Shown here: positions 25,482 to 40,619 of the stretch, piece by piece
How positions within the stretch are numbered: position 1 is the first letter of the stretch
Layout of the letters: each line of letters opens with the position of its first letter
Assembly: GCA_964016885.1 (NCBI GenBank)
Contig: OZ024757.1
Coordinates: 43,028,001-43,092,000, forward strand
Direction: 5' to 3'
DNA from: Eledone cirrhosa
Taxonomy: Eukaryota
Length of the DNA stretch: 64,000 bases
Translations under genes and position numbers: made by a program
Notes under the pieces: generated by a model
Database searches by the model: none
Seen by the model: only the letters and a program-made list of their open reading frames with translations
What the model was told of the DNA's origin: nothing

Positions 25482-28400
25482 GTGCCCATGCGCCAAGACC
25501 GCCAGACCGTACTGCGCACGCGTCGAGACGGCCTGATCGTAGTGCGCATGCGCCAAAGCCGCCTAACCGTAGTGCGCATGCGCCAAGGCCGCCGATACAT
25601 AGTGCACATGCGCCAAGGCCGTCGGACCATACTGCGCATGCGCCAAGGGCGCCGGACAGTTGTGCGCATGCACCAAGGCCGCCTGACTTACTGCGCATGC
25701 GTCAAGGTCGCAGTACCGAACTGCGCATGCGCTAAGGCCTCCGGACCGTACTGCGCATGCGCCAAGGCCACCTGACTGTACTGCGCATGCGTGAAGGTCG
25801 CAGTACCGAACTGCGCATGCGCTAAGGCCGCCGGACCGTACTGCGCATGCGCCAAGGCCGCCGCACCGTAGTGCGCATGCGGCAAGGCCGCCTGACTGTA
25901 CTGCGCATGCATCAAGGTCCCAGTACCGTACTGCGCATGCACCAAGACCGCCGGACCGTAGTGCGCATGCGCCAGAGCCGCCGAACCGTAGTGCGCATGC
26001 GCCAAGGCCGCCGGACCATACTGCGCATGCGCCAAGGCCGCCGGGCCGTAGTGCGAATCCTCCAAAGACGCGGGCCCGTAGTGCGCATGCGCCAAGGCCA
26101 CCTGACTGTACTGCGCATGCGTCAAGGTCGCAGTACTGAACTGCGCATGCGCTAAGGCCGCCGGACCGTACTGCGCATGCGCCAAGGCCGCCGGACCGCA
26201 GTGCGCATGCGCCAGAGCCGCCGAACCGTAGTGCGCCTGCGTCAAGGTCGCCGAACCATACTGCGCATGCGCCAAGCCCGCCGGACCGTAGTGCGCATGC
26301 GCTAAGGCCGCCGAACCGTACTGCGCATGCGCCAAAGCAGCTGGACCGTAGTGCGCATGCGCCAAGGCCACGGGACGGTACTGCGCATGCCCCAAGGCCG
26401 TCGGACAGTAGTGCGCATGTGCCAAGGCCGCCAGACCGTAGTGCGCATGCTCCAAGACCGCCGGATCTTACTGCGCATGCCCCAAGGCCGTCGGACCGTA
26501 GTGCGCATGTGCCAAGGCCGCCAGACCGTAGTGCGCATGCGCCAAGGCCGCCGAACCGTACTGCGCATGCGCCAAGGCCGCCGGACCTTTGTGCGCATGC
26601 GGTTCGGCGGCCTTGGCGCATGCGCACTACGGTCCGGCGACCTTCCCGCATGCGCACTACGTTCCGGTGGCCTTGGCACATGCGCAGTACGGTCCGGCGG
26701 CTTTGGCGCATGCGCACTACGGTCTGGCAGCCTTGGCGCATGCGCACTACGGTCCGGCGGCCTTGGCGCATGCGCACTACGTTCCGATGGCCTTGGCGCA
26801 TGCGCACTACGTTCCGGTGGCCTTTGCGCATGCGCAGTACGGTCCAGCGGCCTTGGCGCATGCGCACAACGGTACGGCGGCCTTGGCGCATGCGCACTAC
26901 GTTCCGGTGGCCTTGACGCATGCGCAGTACTGTCCAGTGGACTTGGGGCATGCGCACTACAGTCCAGTGGCCTTAGCGCATGCGCAGTAAGGTCCGGCGG
27001 CCATGGCGCATGCGCACTAAGGGTCAGCGGTCTTTTCGCATGCGCACAACGGTCCGGCGGCCTTGGTGCATGCACACTACGGCCCGGCGGCCTTGGCGCC
27101 TGCGCACTACGGTCCGGCGGCTTTGGTGCATGCGCACTACGGTCTGGCAGCATTGGCGCATGCGCACTACGGTCTGGCAGACTTGGCGCATGCGCACTAC
27201 GGTCCGATGGCCTTGGCGCGTGCGCACTACGTTCTGGTGGCATTGGCGCATGCACAGTACGGTCCAGTGGCCTTGGCGCATGCGCACAACGGTCCGGCGG
27301 CCTTGGCGCATGCGCACTACGGTCCGGCAGCTTTGGTGCATGCGCACTACGGTCTGGCGGCCTTGGCGCACGCGCACCACGGTCCGGCGGTCTTGGCGCA
27401 TGCGCACTACGGTCCGGCGACCTTGCCGCATGCGCACTACGTTCCGGTGGCCTTGGCACATGCGCAGTACGGTCCGGTGGCTTTGGCGCATGCGCACTAC
27501 GGTCTGGCAGACTTGGCGCATGCGCACTACGGTCCGATGGCCTTGGCGCATGCGCACTACGTCCTGCTGGCCTTGGCGCCTGCACAATACAGTCCAGTGG
27601 CCTTGGCGCATGCGCAGTAAGGCCCGGCGGCCTTAGCGCATGCGCAGTAAGGTCCGGCGGCCATGGCGCATGCGCACTAAGGGCCAGCGGTCTTTGCGCA
27701 TGCGCACAATGGTACGGCAACCTTGGCGCATGCGCACTACGTTCCGGTGGCCTTGACGCATGCGCAGTACTGTCCAGTGGCCTTGGCGCATGCGCAGTAA
27801 GGTCCGGCGGCCTTAGCGCATGCGCAGTACGTTCCGGCGGCCTTGGCGCATGCGCACTAAGGGCCATCGTTCTTTGCGCACCGTACTGCGCATGCGCCAA
27901 GGCCGCCGGACCGTAGTGCGCATGCGCCAAGGCCGCCTGACTGTACTGCGCATGCATCAAAGTCCCAGTACCGTACTGCGCATGCACCAAGACCGCCGGA
28001 CCGTAGTGCGCATGCGCCAGAGCCGCCGAACCGTAGTGCGCATGCGCCAAGGCCGCCGGACCATACTGCGCATGCGCCAAGGCCGCCGGACCGTAGTGCG
28101 CATGCGCCAAAGACGCGGGCCCGTAGTGCGCATGCGCCAAGGCCACCTGACTGTACTGCGCATGCGTCAAGGTCGCAGTACTTAACTGCGCATGCGCTAA
28201 GGCCGCCGGATCGTAATGCGCATGCGCCAAGGCCGCCTGACTGTACTGCGCATGCGTCAAGGTCGCAGTACCGAACTGCGCATGCGTTAAGGCCGCCGGA
28301 CCGTACTGCGCATGCGCCAAGGCCGCCGGACCGTAGTGCGCATGCGCCAAGGCCGCCTGACTGTACTGCGCATGCGTCAAGGTCCCAGTACCGAACTGCG

Positions 28401-31258
28401 CATGCGCTAAGGCCGCCGGACCGTACTGCGCATGCGCCAAGGCCGCCGAACCGCAGTGCGCATGCGCCAGAGCCGCCGAACCGTAGTGCGCATGCGTCAA
28501 GGTCGCCGGACCATACTGCGCATGCGCCAAGCCCGCCGGACCGTAGTGCGCATGGGCCAAAGCCGCCTGACCGTACTGCGCATGCGCCAAGTCCGCAGTA
28601 CCGTACTGCGCATGCGACAAGGCCGCAGTACCGTAGTGCGCATGCGCCAAGGCCATATGACCGTAGTGCGCATGCGCCAAGGCCGCCGGATCGTAGTGCG
28701 CATGCGCCAAAGCCGCCGAACCGTAGTGCGCATGCGCCAAGGCCGCCGATACATAGTGCACATGCGCCAAGGCCGTCGGACCATACTGCGCATGCGCCAA
28801 GGCCGCCGGACCGTAGTGCGCATGTGCCAAGGCCGCCTGACTGTACTGCGCATGCGTCAAGGTCGCAGTACCGAACTGCGCATGCGCTAAGGCCGCCGGA
28901 CCGTACTGCGCATGCGCCAAGGCCGCCGGACCGCAGTGCGCATGCGCCAGAGCCGCCGAACCGTAGTGCGCCTGCGTCAAGGTCGCCGGACCATACTGCG
29001 CATGTGCCAAGCCCGCCGGACCGTAGTGCGCATGCGCTAAGGCCGCCGAACCGTACTGCGCATGCGCCAAAGCAGCTGCACCGTAGTGCGCATGCGCCAA
29101 GGCCACCGGACGGTACTGCGCATGCACCAAGACCGCCGGATCGTACTGCGCATGCCCCAAGGCCGTCGGACCGTAGTGCGCATGTGCCAAAGCCGCCAGA
29201 CCGTAGTGCGCATGCTCCAAGGCCGCCGGATCTTACTGCGCATGCCCCAAGGCCGTCGGATGGTAGTGCACATGTGCCAAGGCCGCCAGACCGTAGTGCG
29301 CATGCGCCAAGGCCGCCGAACCGTACTGCGCATGCGCCAAGGCCGCCGGATCTTTGTGCGCATGCGGTTCGGTGGCCTTGGCGCATGCGCACTACTGTCC
29401 GGCGACCTTCCCGCATGCGCACTACGTTCCGGCGGCCTTGGCGCATGCGCACTACGTTCCGGTGGCCTTGGCGCATGCGCAGTACTGTCCAGTGGCCTTG
29501 GCGCATGCGCAGTAAGGTCCGGCAGCCTTAGCGCATGCGCACTACGGTCCAGTGGCCTTATCGCATGCGCAGTAAGGTCCGGCGGCCATGGCGCATGCGC
29601 ACTAAGGGCCAGCGGTCTTTGCGCATGCGCACAACGGTCCGGCGGCCTTGGCGCCTGCGCACTACGGTCCGGCGGCTTTGGTGCATGCGCACTACGTTCC
29701 GGTGGCCTTGGCGCATGCGCAGTACTGTCCAGTGGCCTTGGCGCATGCGCAGTAAGGTCCGGCAGCCTTAGCGCATGCGCAGTACGTTCCGGCGGCCTTG
29801 GCGCATGCGCACTAAGGGCCATCGTTCTTTGCGCATGCGCACAACGGTCCGGCGGCCTTGGTGCATGCGCACTACGGTCCGGCGGCCTTGGCGCATGCGC
29901 ACTACGGTCCGGCGGCTTTGGTGCATGCGCACTACGGTCTAGCAGCATTGGGGCATGCGCACTACAGCCCGGCGGCCTTGGCGCATGCGCAGTACGGCCC
30001 GGCGACCTTGGCGCATGCGCACTACGGTCTGGCGGCCTTGGCGCACGCGCACTACGGTCCGGCGGTCTTGGCGCATGCGCACTACGGTCCGGCGACCTTG
30101 CCGCATGCGCACTACGTTCCGGTGGCCTTGGCACATGAGCAGTACGGTCCGGTGGCTTTGGCGCATGCGCACTACGGTCTGGCAGACTTGGCGCATGCGC
30201 ACTACGGTCCGATGGCCTTGGCGCATGCGCACTACGGTCCGGCGGCCTTGGCGCATGCGCACTACGTTCCGGTGGCCTTTGCGCATGCGCAGTACGGTCC
30301 AGTGGCCTTGGCGCATGCGCAGTAAGGTCCGGCGGCTTTGGCGCATGCGCACTATGGTCTGTCAGTCTTGGCGCATGCGCACTACGGTCCGGCGGCCTTG
30401 GCGCAGGCGCACTACGTTCCGGCGGCCTTGGCGCATGCGCACTACGTTCCGGTGGCCTTTGCGCATGCGCAGTACGGTCCAGCGGCCTTGGCGCATGCGC
30501 ACAACGGTACGGCGGCCTTGGCGCATGCGCACTACGTTCCGGTGGCCTTGACGCATGCGCAGTACTGTCCAGTGGCCTTGGGGCATGCGCACTACAGTCC
30601 AGTGGCCTTGGCGCATGCGCAGTAAGGTCCGGCGGCCATGGCGCATGCGCACTAAGGGCCAGCGGTCTTTGCGCATGCGCACAACGGTCCGGCGGCCTTG
30701 GCGCATGCGCACTACGTTCTGGTGGCCTTGACGCATGCGCAGTACTGTCCAGTGGCCTTAGCGCATGCGCAGTACGTTCCGGCGGCCTTGGCGCATGCGC
30801 ACTAAGGGCCATCGTTCTTTGCGCATGCGCACAACGGTCCGGCGGCCTTGGTGCATGCGCACTACGGTCCGGCAGCCTTGGCGCATGCGCACTACGGTCC
30901 GGTGGATTTGGTGCATGCGCACTACGGTCTAGCAGCATTGGGGCATGCGCACTACAGCCCAGCTGCCTTGGCGCATGCGCAGTACGGCCCGGCGACCTTG
31001 GCGCATGCGCACTACGGTCTGGCGGCCTTGGCGCACGCGCACTACGGTCCGGCGGTCTTGGCGGATGCGCACTACGGTCCGGCGACCTTGCCGCATGCGC
31101 ACTACGTTCCGGTGGCCTTGGCACATGCGCAGTACGGTCCGGTGGCTTTGGCGCATGCGCACTACGGTCTGGCAGACTTGGCGCATGCGCACTACGGTCC
31201 GATGGCCTTGGCGCATGCGCACTACGTCCTGGTGGCCTTGGCGCATGCGCAGTACAGT

Positions 31259-31401
31259 CCATATTTAGCCATTTTGAGTTATTTTAGTAATTTATGATGC
31301 AGTTTAACCATTTTAGAGCCATTTATAGTCATTTTAGACGTTTCAGTCGTGTTAGAGTCATTCTAGTCAATTATGATACGGTTTTAGCATTTTATTGTCA
31401 C
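31259..31401 (+). repeat. AT-rich spacer, unique 143-bp truncated form
   Basis: Medium spacer cut after ...ttttattgtcac and joined to reverse monomers (~403-bp deletion relative to 38516-39060). Confidence 0.93.
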
Positions 31402-32903
31402 AAAGCCGCCGGACCTTACTGCGCATGCGCCAAGGCCACTGGAGCGTACTGCGCATGCGCCAAGGCCACCGGAACGTAGTGCGCATGCGCCAAGGCCGCC
31501 GGACCGTAGTGCGCATGCGCCAAGGCTGCCAGACAGTAGTGCGCATGCGCCAAAGCCGCCGGAACGTAGTGCGCATGCGGGAAGGTCGCCGGACCGTAGT
31601 GCGCATGCGCCAAGGCCGCCGAACCGCATGCGCACAAAGGTCCGGCGGCCTTGGCGCATGCGCAGTACGGTTCGGCGGCCTTGGCGCATGCGCACTACGG
31701 TCTGGCGGCCTTGGCACATGCGCACTACGGTCCGACGGCCTTGGGGCATGCGCAGTAAGATCCGGCGGTCTTGGAGCATGCGCACTACGGTCTGGCGGCC
31801 TTGGCGCATGCGCACTACGGCCTGGCAGCCTTGGCGCATGCGCACTACGGTCCGGCGCCCTTGGCGCATGCGCACTACTTTCCGGTGGCCTTGGCGCATG
31901 CGCAGTACGCTCCAGTGGCTTTGGCGCATGCGCAGTAAGGTCCGGCGGCTTTGGCGCATGCGCACTATGGTCTGTCAGTCTTGGCGCATGCGCACTACGG
32001 TCCGGCGGCCTTGGCGCATGCGCACTACGTTCCGGCGGCCTTGGCGCATGCGCACTACGTTCCGGTGGCCTTTGCGCATGCGCAGTACGGTCCAGCGGCC
32101 TTGGCGCATGCGCACAACGGTACGGCGGCCTTGGCGCATGCGCACTACGGCCCGGTGGCCTTGACGCATGCGCAGTACTGTCCAGTGGCCTTGGGGCATG
32201 CGCACTACAGTCCAGTGGCCTTGGCGCATGCGCAGTAAGGTCCGGCGGCCATGGCGCATGCGCACTAAGGGCCAGCGGTCTTTGCGCATGCGCACAACGG
32301 TACGGCGGCCTTGGCGCATGCGCACTACGTTCTGGTGGCCTTGACGCATGCGCAGTACTGTCCAGTGGCCTTGGCGCATGCGCAGTAAGGTCCGGCGGCC
32401 TTAGCGCATGCGCAGTACGTTCCGGCGGCCTTGGCGCATGCTCACTAAGATGGCCATCGTTCTTTGCGCATGCGCACAACGGTCCGGCGGCCTTGGTGCA
32501 TGCGCACTACGGTCCGGCAGCCTTGGCGCATGCGCACTACGGTCCGGTGGCTTTGGTGCATGCGCACTACGGTCTAGCAGCATTGGGGCATGCGCACTAC
32601 AGCCCGGCGGCCTTGGCGCATGCGCAGTACGGCCCGGCGACCTTGGCGCATGCGCACTACGGTCTGGCGGCCTTGGCGCACGCGCACTACGGTCCGGCGG
32701 TCTTGGCGCATGCGCACTACGGTCCGGCGAGCTTGCCGCATGCGCACTACGTTCCGGTGGCCTTGGCACATGCGCAGTACGGTTCGGTGGCTTTGGCGCA
32801 TGCGCACTACGGTCTGGCAGACTTGGCGCATGCGCACTACGGTCCGATGGCCTTGGCGCATGCGCACTACGTCCTGGTGGACTTGGCGCATGCGCAGTAC
32901 AGT

Positions 32904-32959
32904 CCATATTTAGCCATTTTGAGTTATTTTAGTAATTTATGATGCAGTTTAACCATTTT
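32904..32959 (+). repeat. AT-rich spacer, 56-bp form
   Basis: Matches 7449-7504. Confidence 0.95.
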
Positions 32960-35900
32960 CAAGGCCGCCGGACCGTACTACGCATGCGCCAAGGCCACCT
33001 GACTGTACTGCGCATGCGTCAAGGTCGCAGTACCGAACTGCGCATGCGCTAAGGCCGCCGGACCGTACTGCGCATGCGCCAAGGCCGCCTGACTGTACTG
33101 CGCATGCGTCAAGGTCGCAGTACCGAACTACGCATGCGTTAAGGCCGCCGGACCGTACTGCGCATGCGCCAAAGCCGCCGAACCGTACTGCGCATGCGCC
33201 AAGGCCGCCGGACCATAGTGCGCATGCGCCAAGACCGACTGACTGTACTGCGCATGCGTCAAGGTCCCAGTACCGAACTGCGCATGCGCTAAGGCCGCCG
33301 GACCGTACTGCGCATGCGCCAAGGCCGCCGGACCGCAGTGCGCATGCGCCAGAGCCGCCGAACCGTAGTGCGCCTGCGTCAAGGTCGCCGGACCATACTG
33401 CGCATGCGCCAAGCCCTCCGGACCGTAGTGCGCATGCGCTAAGGCCGCCGAACCGTACTGCGCATGCGCCAAAGCAGCTGGACCGTAGTGCGCATGCGCC
33501 AAGGCCACGGGACGGTACTGCGCATGATCCAAGACCGCCGGATCGTACTGCGCATGCCCCAAGGCCGTCGGACAGTAGTGCGCATGTGCCAAGGCCGCCA
33601 GACCGTAGTGCGCATGCTCCAAGACCGCCGGATCTTACTGCGCATGCCCCAAGGCCGTCGGACCGTAGTGCGCATGTGCCAAGGCCGCCAGACCGTAGTG
33701 CGCATGCGCCAAGGCCGCCGAACCGTACTGCGCATGCGCCAAGGCTGCCGGACCTTTGTGCGCATGCGGTTCGGCGGCCTTGGCGCATGCGCACTACGGT
33801 CCGGCGACCTTGCCGCATGCGCACTACGTTCCGGTGGCCTTGGCACATGCGCAGTACGGTCCGGCGGCTTTGGCGCATGCGCACTACGGTCTGGCAGCCT
33901 TGGCGCATGCGCACTACGGTCCGGCGGCCTTGGCGCATGCGCACTACGTTCCGTCGGCCTTGGCGCATGCGCAGTACGGTCCAGCGGCCTTGGCGCATGC
34001 GCACAAAGGTACGGCGGCCTTGGCGCATGCGCACTACGTTCCGGTGGCCTTGACGCATGCGCAGTACTGTCCAGTGGCCGTGGGGCATGCGCACTACAGT
34101 CCAGTGGCCTTGGCGCATGCGCAGTAAGGTCCGGCGGCCTTAGCGCATGCGCAGTAAGGTCCGGCGGCCATGGCGCATGCGCACTAAGGGCCAGCGGTCT
34201 TTGCGCATGCGCACAACGGTACGGCGGCCTTGGCGCATGCGCACTACGTTCCGGTGGCCTTGACGCATGCGCAGTACTGTCCAGTGGCCTTGGCGCATGC
34301 GCAGTAAGGTCCGGCGGCCTTAGCGCATGCGCAGTACGTTCCGGCGGCCTTGGCGCATGCGCACTAAGGGCCATCGTTCTTTGCGCATGCGCACAACGGT
34401 CCGGCGGCCTTGGTGCATGCGCACTACGGTCCGGCAGCCTTGGCGCATGCGCACTACGGTCCGGCGGCTTTGGTGCATGCGCACTACGGTCTAGCAGCAT
34501 TGGGGCATGCGCACTACAGCCCGGCGGCCTTGGCGCATGCGCAGTACGGCCCGGCGACCTTGGCGCATGCGCACTACGGTCTGGCGGCCTTGGCGCACGC
34601 GCACCACGGTCCGGCGGTCTTGGCGCATGCGCACTACGGTCCGGCGACCTTGCCGCATGCGCACTACGTTCCGGTGGCCTTGGCACATGCGCAGTACGGT
34701 CCGGTGGCTTTGGCGCATGCGCACTACGGTCTGGCAGACTTGGCGCATGCGCACTACGGTCCGATGGCCTTGGCGCATGCGCACTACGTCCTGCTGGCCT
34801 TGGCGCCTGCACAATACAGTCCAGTGGCCTTGGCGCATGCGCAGTAAGGCCCGGCGGCCTTAGCGCATGCGCAGTAAGGTCCGGCGGCCATGGCGCATGC
34901 GCACTAAGGGCCAGCGGTCTTTGCGCATGCGCACAATGGTACGGCAACCTTGGCGCATGCGCACTACGTTCCGGTGGCCTTGACGCATGCGCAGTACTGT
35001 CCAGTGGCCTTGGCGCATGCGCAGTAAGGTACGGCGGCCTTAGCGCATGCGCAGTACGTTCCGGCGGCCTTGGCGCATGCGCACTAAGGGCCATCGTTCT
35101 TTACGCACCGTACTGCGCATGCGCCAAGGCCGCCGGACCGTAGTGCGCATGCGCCAAGGCCGCCTGACTGTACTGCGCATGCATCAAAGTCCCAGTACCG
35201 TACTGCGCATGCACCAAGACCGCCGGACCGTAGTGCGCATGCGCCAGAGCCGCCGAACCGTAGTGCGCATGCGCCAAGGCCGCCGGACCATACTGCGCAT
35301 GCGCCAAGGCTGCCGGACCGTAGTGCGCATGCGCCAAAGACGCGGGCCCGTAGTGCGCATGCGCCAAGGCCACCTGACTGTACTGCGCATGCGTCAAGGT
35401 CGCAGTACTTAACTGCGCATGCGCTAAGGCCGCCGGATCGTAATGCGCATGCGCCAAGGCCGCCTGACTGTACTGCGCATGCGTCAAGGTCGCAGTACCG
35501 AACTGCGCATGCGTTAAGGCCGCCGGACCGTACTGCGCATGCGCCAAGGCCGCCGGACCGTAGTGCGCATGCGCCAAGGCCGCCTGACTGTACTGCGCAT
35601 GCGTCAAGGTCCCAGTACCGAACTGCGCATGCGCTAAGGCCGCCGGACCGTACTGCGCATGCGCCAAGGCCGCCGGACCGCAGTGCGCATGCGCCAGAGC
35701 CGCCGAACCGTAGTGCGCATGCGTCAAGGTCGCCGGACCATACTGCGCATGCGCCAAGCCCGCCGGACCGTAGTGCGCATGGGCCAAAGCCGCCTGACCG
35801 TACTGCGCATGCGCCAAGTCCGCAGTACCGTACTGCGCATGCGACAAGGCCGCAGTACCGTAGTGCGCATGCGCCAAGGCCATATGACCGTAGTGCGCAT

Positions 35901-38515
35901 GCGCCAAGGCCGCCGGATCGTAGTGCGCATGCGCCAAAGCCGCCGAACCGTAGTGCGCATGCGCCAAGGCCGCCGATACATAGTGCACATGCGCCAAGGC
36001 CGTCGGACCATACTGCGCATGCGCCAAGGCCGCCGGACCGTAGTGCGCATGTGCCAAGGCCGCCTGACTGTACTGCGCATGCGTCAAGGTCGCAGTACCG
36101 AACTGCGCATGCGCTAAGGCCGCCGGACCGTACTGCGCATGCGCCAAGGCCGCCGGACCGCAGTGCGCATGCGCCAGAGCCGCCGAACCGTAGTGCGCCT
36201 GCGTCAAGGTCGCCGGACCATACTGCGCATGTGCCAAGCCCGCCGGACCGTAGTGCGCATGCGCTAAGGCCGCCGAACCGTACTGCGCATGCGCCAAAGC
36301 AGCTGCACCGTAGTGCGCATGCGCCAAGGCCACCGGACGGTACTGCGCATGCACCAAGACCGCCGGATCGTACTGCGCATGCCCCAAGGCCGTCGGACCG
36401 TAGTGCGCATGTGCCAAAGCCGCCAGACCGTAGTGCGCATGCTCCAAGGCCGCCGGATCTTACTGCGCATGCCCCAAGGCCGTCGGATGGTAGTGCGCTT
36501 GTGCCAAGGCCGCCAGACCGTAGTGCGCATGCGCCAAGGCCGCCGAACCGTACTGCGCATGCGCCAAGGCCGCCGGATCTTTGTGCGCATGCGGTTCGGT
36601 GGCCTTGGCGCATGCGCACTACTGTCCGGCGACCTTCCCGCATGCGCACTACGTTCCGGCGGCCTTGGCGCATGCGCACTACGTTCCGGTGGCCTTGGCG
36701 CATGCGCAGTACTGTCCAGTGGCCTTGGCGCATGCGCAGTAAGGTCCGGCAGCCTTAGCGCATGCGCACTACGGTCCAGTGGCCTTATCGCATGCGCAGT
36801 AAGGTCCGGCGGCCATGGCGCATGCGCACTAAGGGCCAGCGGTCTTTGCGCATGCGCACAACGGTCCGGCGGCCTTGGCGCCTGCGCACTACGGTCCGGC
36901 GGCTTTGGTGCATGCGCACTACGTTCCGGTGGCCTTGGCGCATGCGCAGTACTGTCCAGTGGCCTTGGCGCATGCGCAGTAAGGTCCGGCAGCCTTAGCG
37001 CATGCGCAGTACGTTCCGGCGGCCTTGGCGCATGCGCACTAAGGGCCATCGTTCTTTGCGCATGCGCACAACGGTCCGGCGGCCTTGGTGCATGCGCACT
37101 ACGGTCCGGCGGCCTTGGCGCATGCGCACTACGGTCCGGCGGCTTTGGTGCATGCGCACTACGGTCTAGCAGCATTGGGGCATGCGCACTACAGCCCGGC
37201 GGCCTTGGCGCATGCGCAGTACGGCCCGGCGACCTTGGCGCATGCGCACTACGGTCTGGCGGCCTTGGCGCACGCGCACTACGGTCCGGCGGTCTTGGCG
37301 CATGCGCACTACGGTCCGGCGACCTTGCCGCATGCGCACTACGTTCCGGTGGCCTTGGCACATGCGCAGTACGGTCCGGTGGCTTTGGCGCATGCGCACT
37401 ACGGTCTGGCAGACTTGGCGCATGCGCACTACGGTCCGATGGCCTTGGCGCATGCGCACTACGGTCCGGCGGCCTTGGCGCATGCGCACTACGTTCCGGT
37501 GGCCTTTGCGCATGCGCAGTACGGTCCAGTGGCCTTGGCGCATGCGCAGTAAGGTCCGGCGGCTTTGGCGCATGCGCACTATGGTCTGTCAGTCTTGGCG
37601 CATGCGCACTACGGTCCGGCGGCCTTGGCGCAGGCGCACTACGTTCCGGCGGCCTTGGCGCATGCGCACTACGTTCCGGTGGCCTTTGCGCATGCGCAGT
37701 ACGGTCCAGCGGCCTTGGCGCATGCGCACAACGGTACGGCGGCCTTGGCGCATGCGCACTACGTTCCGGTGGCCTTGACGCATGCGCAGTACTGTCCAGT
37801 GGCCTTGGGGCGTGCGCACTACAGTCCAGTGGCCTTGGCGCATGCGCAGTAAGGTCCGGCGGCCATGGCGCATGCGCACTAAGGGCCAGCGGTCTTTGCG
37901 CATGCGCACAACGGTCCGGCGGCCTTGGCGCATGCGCACTACGTTCTGGTGGCCTTGACGCATGCGCAGTACTGTCCAGTGGCCTTGGCGCATGCGCAGT
38001 AAGGTCCGGCGGCCTTAGCGCATGCGCAGTACGTTCCGGCGGCCTTGGCGCATGCGCACTAAGGGCCATCGTTCTTTGCGCATGCGCACAACGGTCCGGC
38101 GGCCTTGGTGCATGCGCACTACGGTCCGGCAGCCTTGGCGCATGCGCACTACGGTCCGGTGGATTTGGTGCATGCGCACTACGGTCTAGCAGCATTGGGG
38201 CATGCACACTACAGCCCAGCTGCCTTGGCGCATGCGCAGTACGGCCCGGCGACCTTGGCGCATGCGCACTACGGTCTGGCGGCCTTGGCGCACGCGCACT
38301 ACGGTCCGGCGGTCTTGGCGCATGCGCACTACGGTCCGGCGACCTTGCCGCATGCGCACTACGTTCCGGTGGCCTTGGCACATGCGCAGTACGGTCCGGT
38401 GGCTTTGGCGCATGCGCACTACGGTCTGGCAGACTTGGCGCATGCGCACTACGGTCCGATGGCCTTGGCGCATGCGCACTACGTCCTGGTGGCCTTGGCG
38501 CATGCGCAGTACAGT

Positions 38516-38748
38516 CCATATTTAGCCATTTTGAGTTATTTTAGTAATTTATGATGCAGTTTAACCATTTTAGAGCCATTTATAGTCATTTTAGACGTTT
38601 CAGTCGTGTTAGAGTCATTCTAGTCAATTATGATACGGTTTTAGCATTTTATTGTCACTTTAGTCATTTATTATGCCGTCTTAGCCATTTTGTTGTAATT
38701 TCAGACATACATGATGACATTTCGGCCATGTTAGTCCTTTTTGATGAC
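38516..38748 (+). repeat. AT-rich spacer, 233-bp form
   Basis: Matches 5401-5633. Confidence 0.95.
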
Positions 38749-40563
38749 GTGCCCATGCGCCAAGACCGCCAGACCTTACTGCGCACGCGCCGAGACGGCG
38801 TGATCGTAGTGCGCATGCGCCAAAGCCGCCTAACCGTAGTGCGCATGCGCCAAGGCCGCCGATACATAGTGCACATGCGCCAAGGCCGTCGGACTATACT
38901 GCGCATGTGCCAAGGGCGCCGGACCGTTGTGCGCATGCGCCAAGGCCGCTGGACCGTACTGCGCATGCGCAAAGGCCACCGGAACGTAGTGCGCATGCGC
39001 CAAGGCCGCCGGACCGTAGTGCGCATGCGCCAAGACTGACAGACCATAGTGCGCATGCGCCAAAGCCGCCGGACCTTAATGCGCATGCGCCAAGGCCACT
39101 GGAGCGTACTGCGCATGCGCCAAGGCCACCGGAACGTAGTGCGCATGCGCCAAGGCCGCCGGACCGTAGTGCGCATGCGCCAAGGCTGCCAGACCGTAGT
39201 GCGCATGCGCCAAAGCCGCCGGAACGTAGTGCGCATGCGGGAAGGTCGCCGGACCGTAGTGCGCATGCGCCAAGGCCGCCGAACCGCATGCGCACAAAGG
39301 TCCGGCGGCCTTGGCGCATGCGCAGTACGGTTCGGCGGCCTTGGCGCATGCGCACTACGGTCTGGCGGCCTTGGCACATGCGCACTACGGTCCGACGGCC
39401 TTGGGGCATGCGCAGTAAGATCCGGCGGTCTTGGAGCATGCGCACTACGGTCTGGCGGCCTTGGCGCATGCGCACTACGGTCTGGCAGCCTTGGCGCATG
39501 CGCACTACGGTCCGGCGCCCTTGGCGCATGCGCACTACTTTCCGGTGGCCTTGGCGCATGCGCAGTACGCTCCAGTGGCCTTGGCGCATGCGCAGTAAGG
39601 TCCGGCGGCTTTGGCGCATGCGCACTATGGTCTGTCAGTCTTGGCGCATGCGCACTACGGTCCGGCGGCCTTGGCGCATGCGCACTACGTTCCGGCGGCC
39701 TTGGCGCATGCGCACTACGTTCCGGTGGCCTTTGCGCATGCGCAGTACGGTCCAGCGGCCTTGGCGCATGCGCACAACGGTACGGCGGCCTTGGCGCATG
39801 CGCACTACGGCCCGGTGGCCTTGACGCATGCGCAGTACTGTCCAGTGGCCTTGGGGCATGCGCACTACAGTCCAGTGGCCTTGGCGCATGCGCAGTAAGG
39901 TCCGGCGGCCATGGCGCATGCGCACTAAGGGCCAGCGGTCTTTGCGCATGCGCACAACGGTACGGCGGCCTTGGCGCATGCGCACTACGTTCTGGTGGCC
40001 TTGACGCATGCGCAGTACTGTCCAGTGGCCTTGGCGCATGCGCAGTAAGGTCCGGCGGCCTTAGCGCATGCGCAGTACGTTCCGGCGGCCTTGGCGCATG
40101 CTCACTAAGATGGCCATCGTTCTTTGCGCATGCGCACAACGGTCCGGCGGCCTTGGTGCATGCGCACTACGGTCCGGCAGCCTTGGCGCATGCGCACTAC
40201 GGTCCGGTGGCTTTGGTGCATGCGCACTACGGTCTAGCAGCATTGGGGCATGCGCACTACAGCCCGGCGGCCTTGGCGCATGCGCAGTACGGCCCGGCGA
40301 CCTTGGCGCATGCGCACTACGGTCTGGCGGCCTTGGCGCACGCGCACTACGGTCCGGCGGTCTTGGCGCATGCGCACTACGGTCCGGCGAGCTTGCCGCA
40401 TGCGCACTACGTTCCGGTGGCCTTGGCACATGCGCAGTACGGTTCGGTGGCTTTGGCGCATGCGCACTACGGTCTGGCAGACTTGGCGCATGCGCACTAC
40501 GGTCCGATGGCCTTGGCGCATGCGCACTACGTCCTGGTGGACTTGGCGCATGCGCAGTACAGT

Positions 40564-40619
40564 CCATATTTAGCCATTTTGAGTTATTTTAGTAATTTAT
40601 GATGCAGTTTAACCATTTT
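40564..40619 (+). repeat. AT-rich spacer, 56-bp form
   Basis: Exactly 7,660 bp after 32904. Confidence 0.95.

Larger units (their letters stand above)
18890..25850 (+). repeat. Left arm of a large inverted duplication (partner ~52490-61025)
   Basis: Paired coordinate sums: ~79,684 (20502/59182), 79,624 and 78,334 (25215/53119). Shared rare 20-bp and 29-bp monomers and spacer SNPs. Confidence 0.85.
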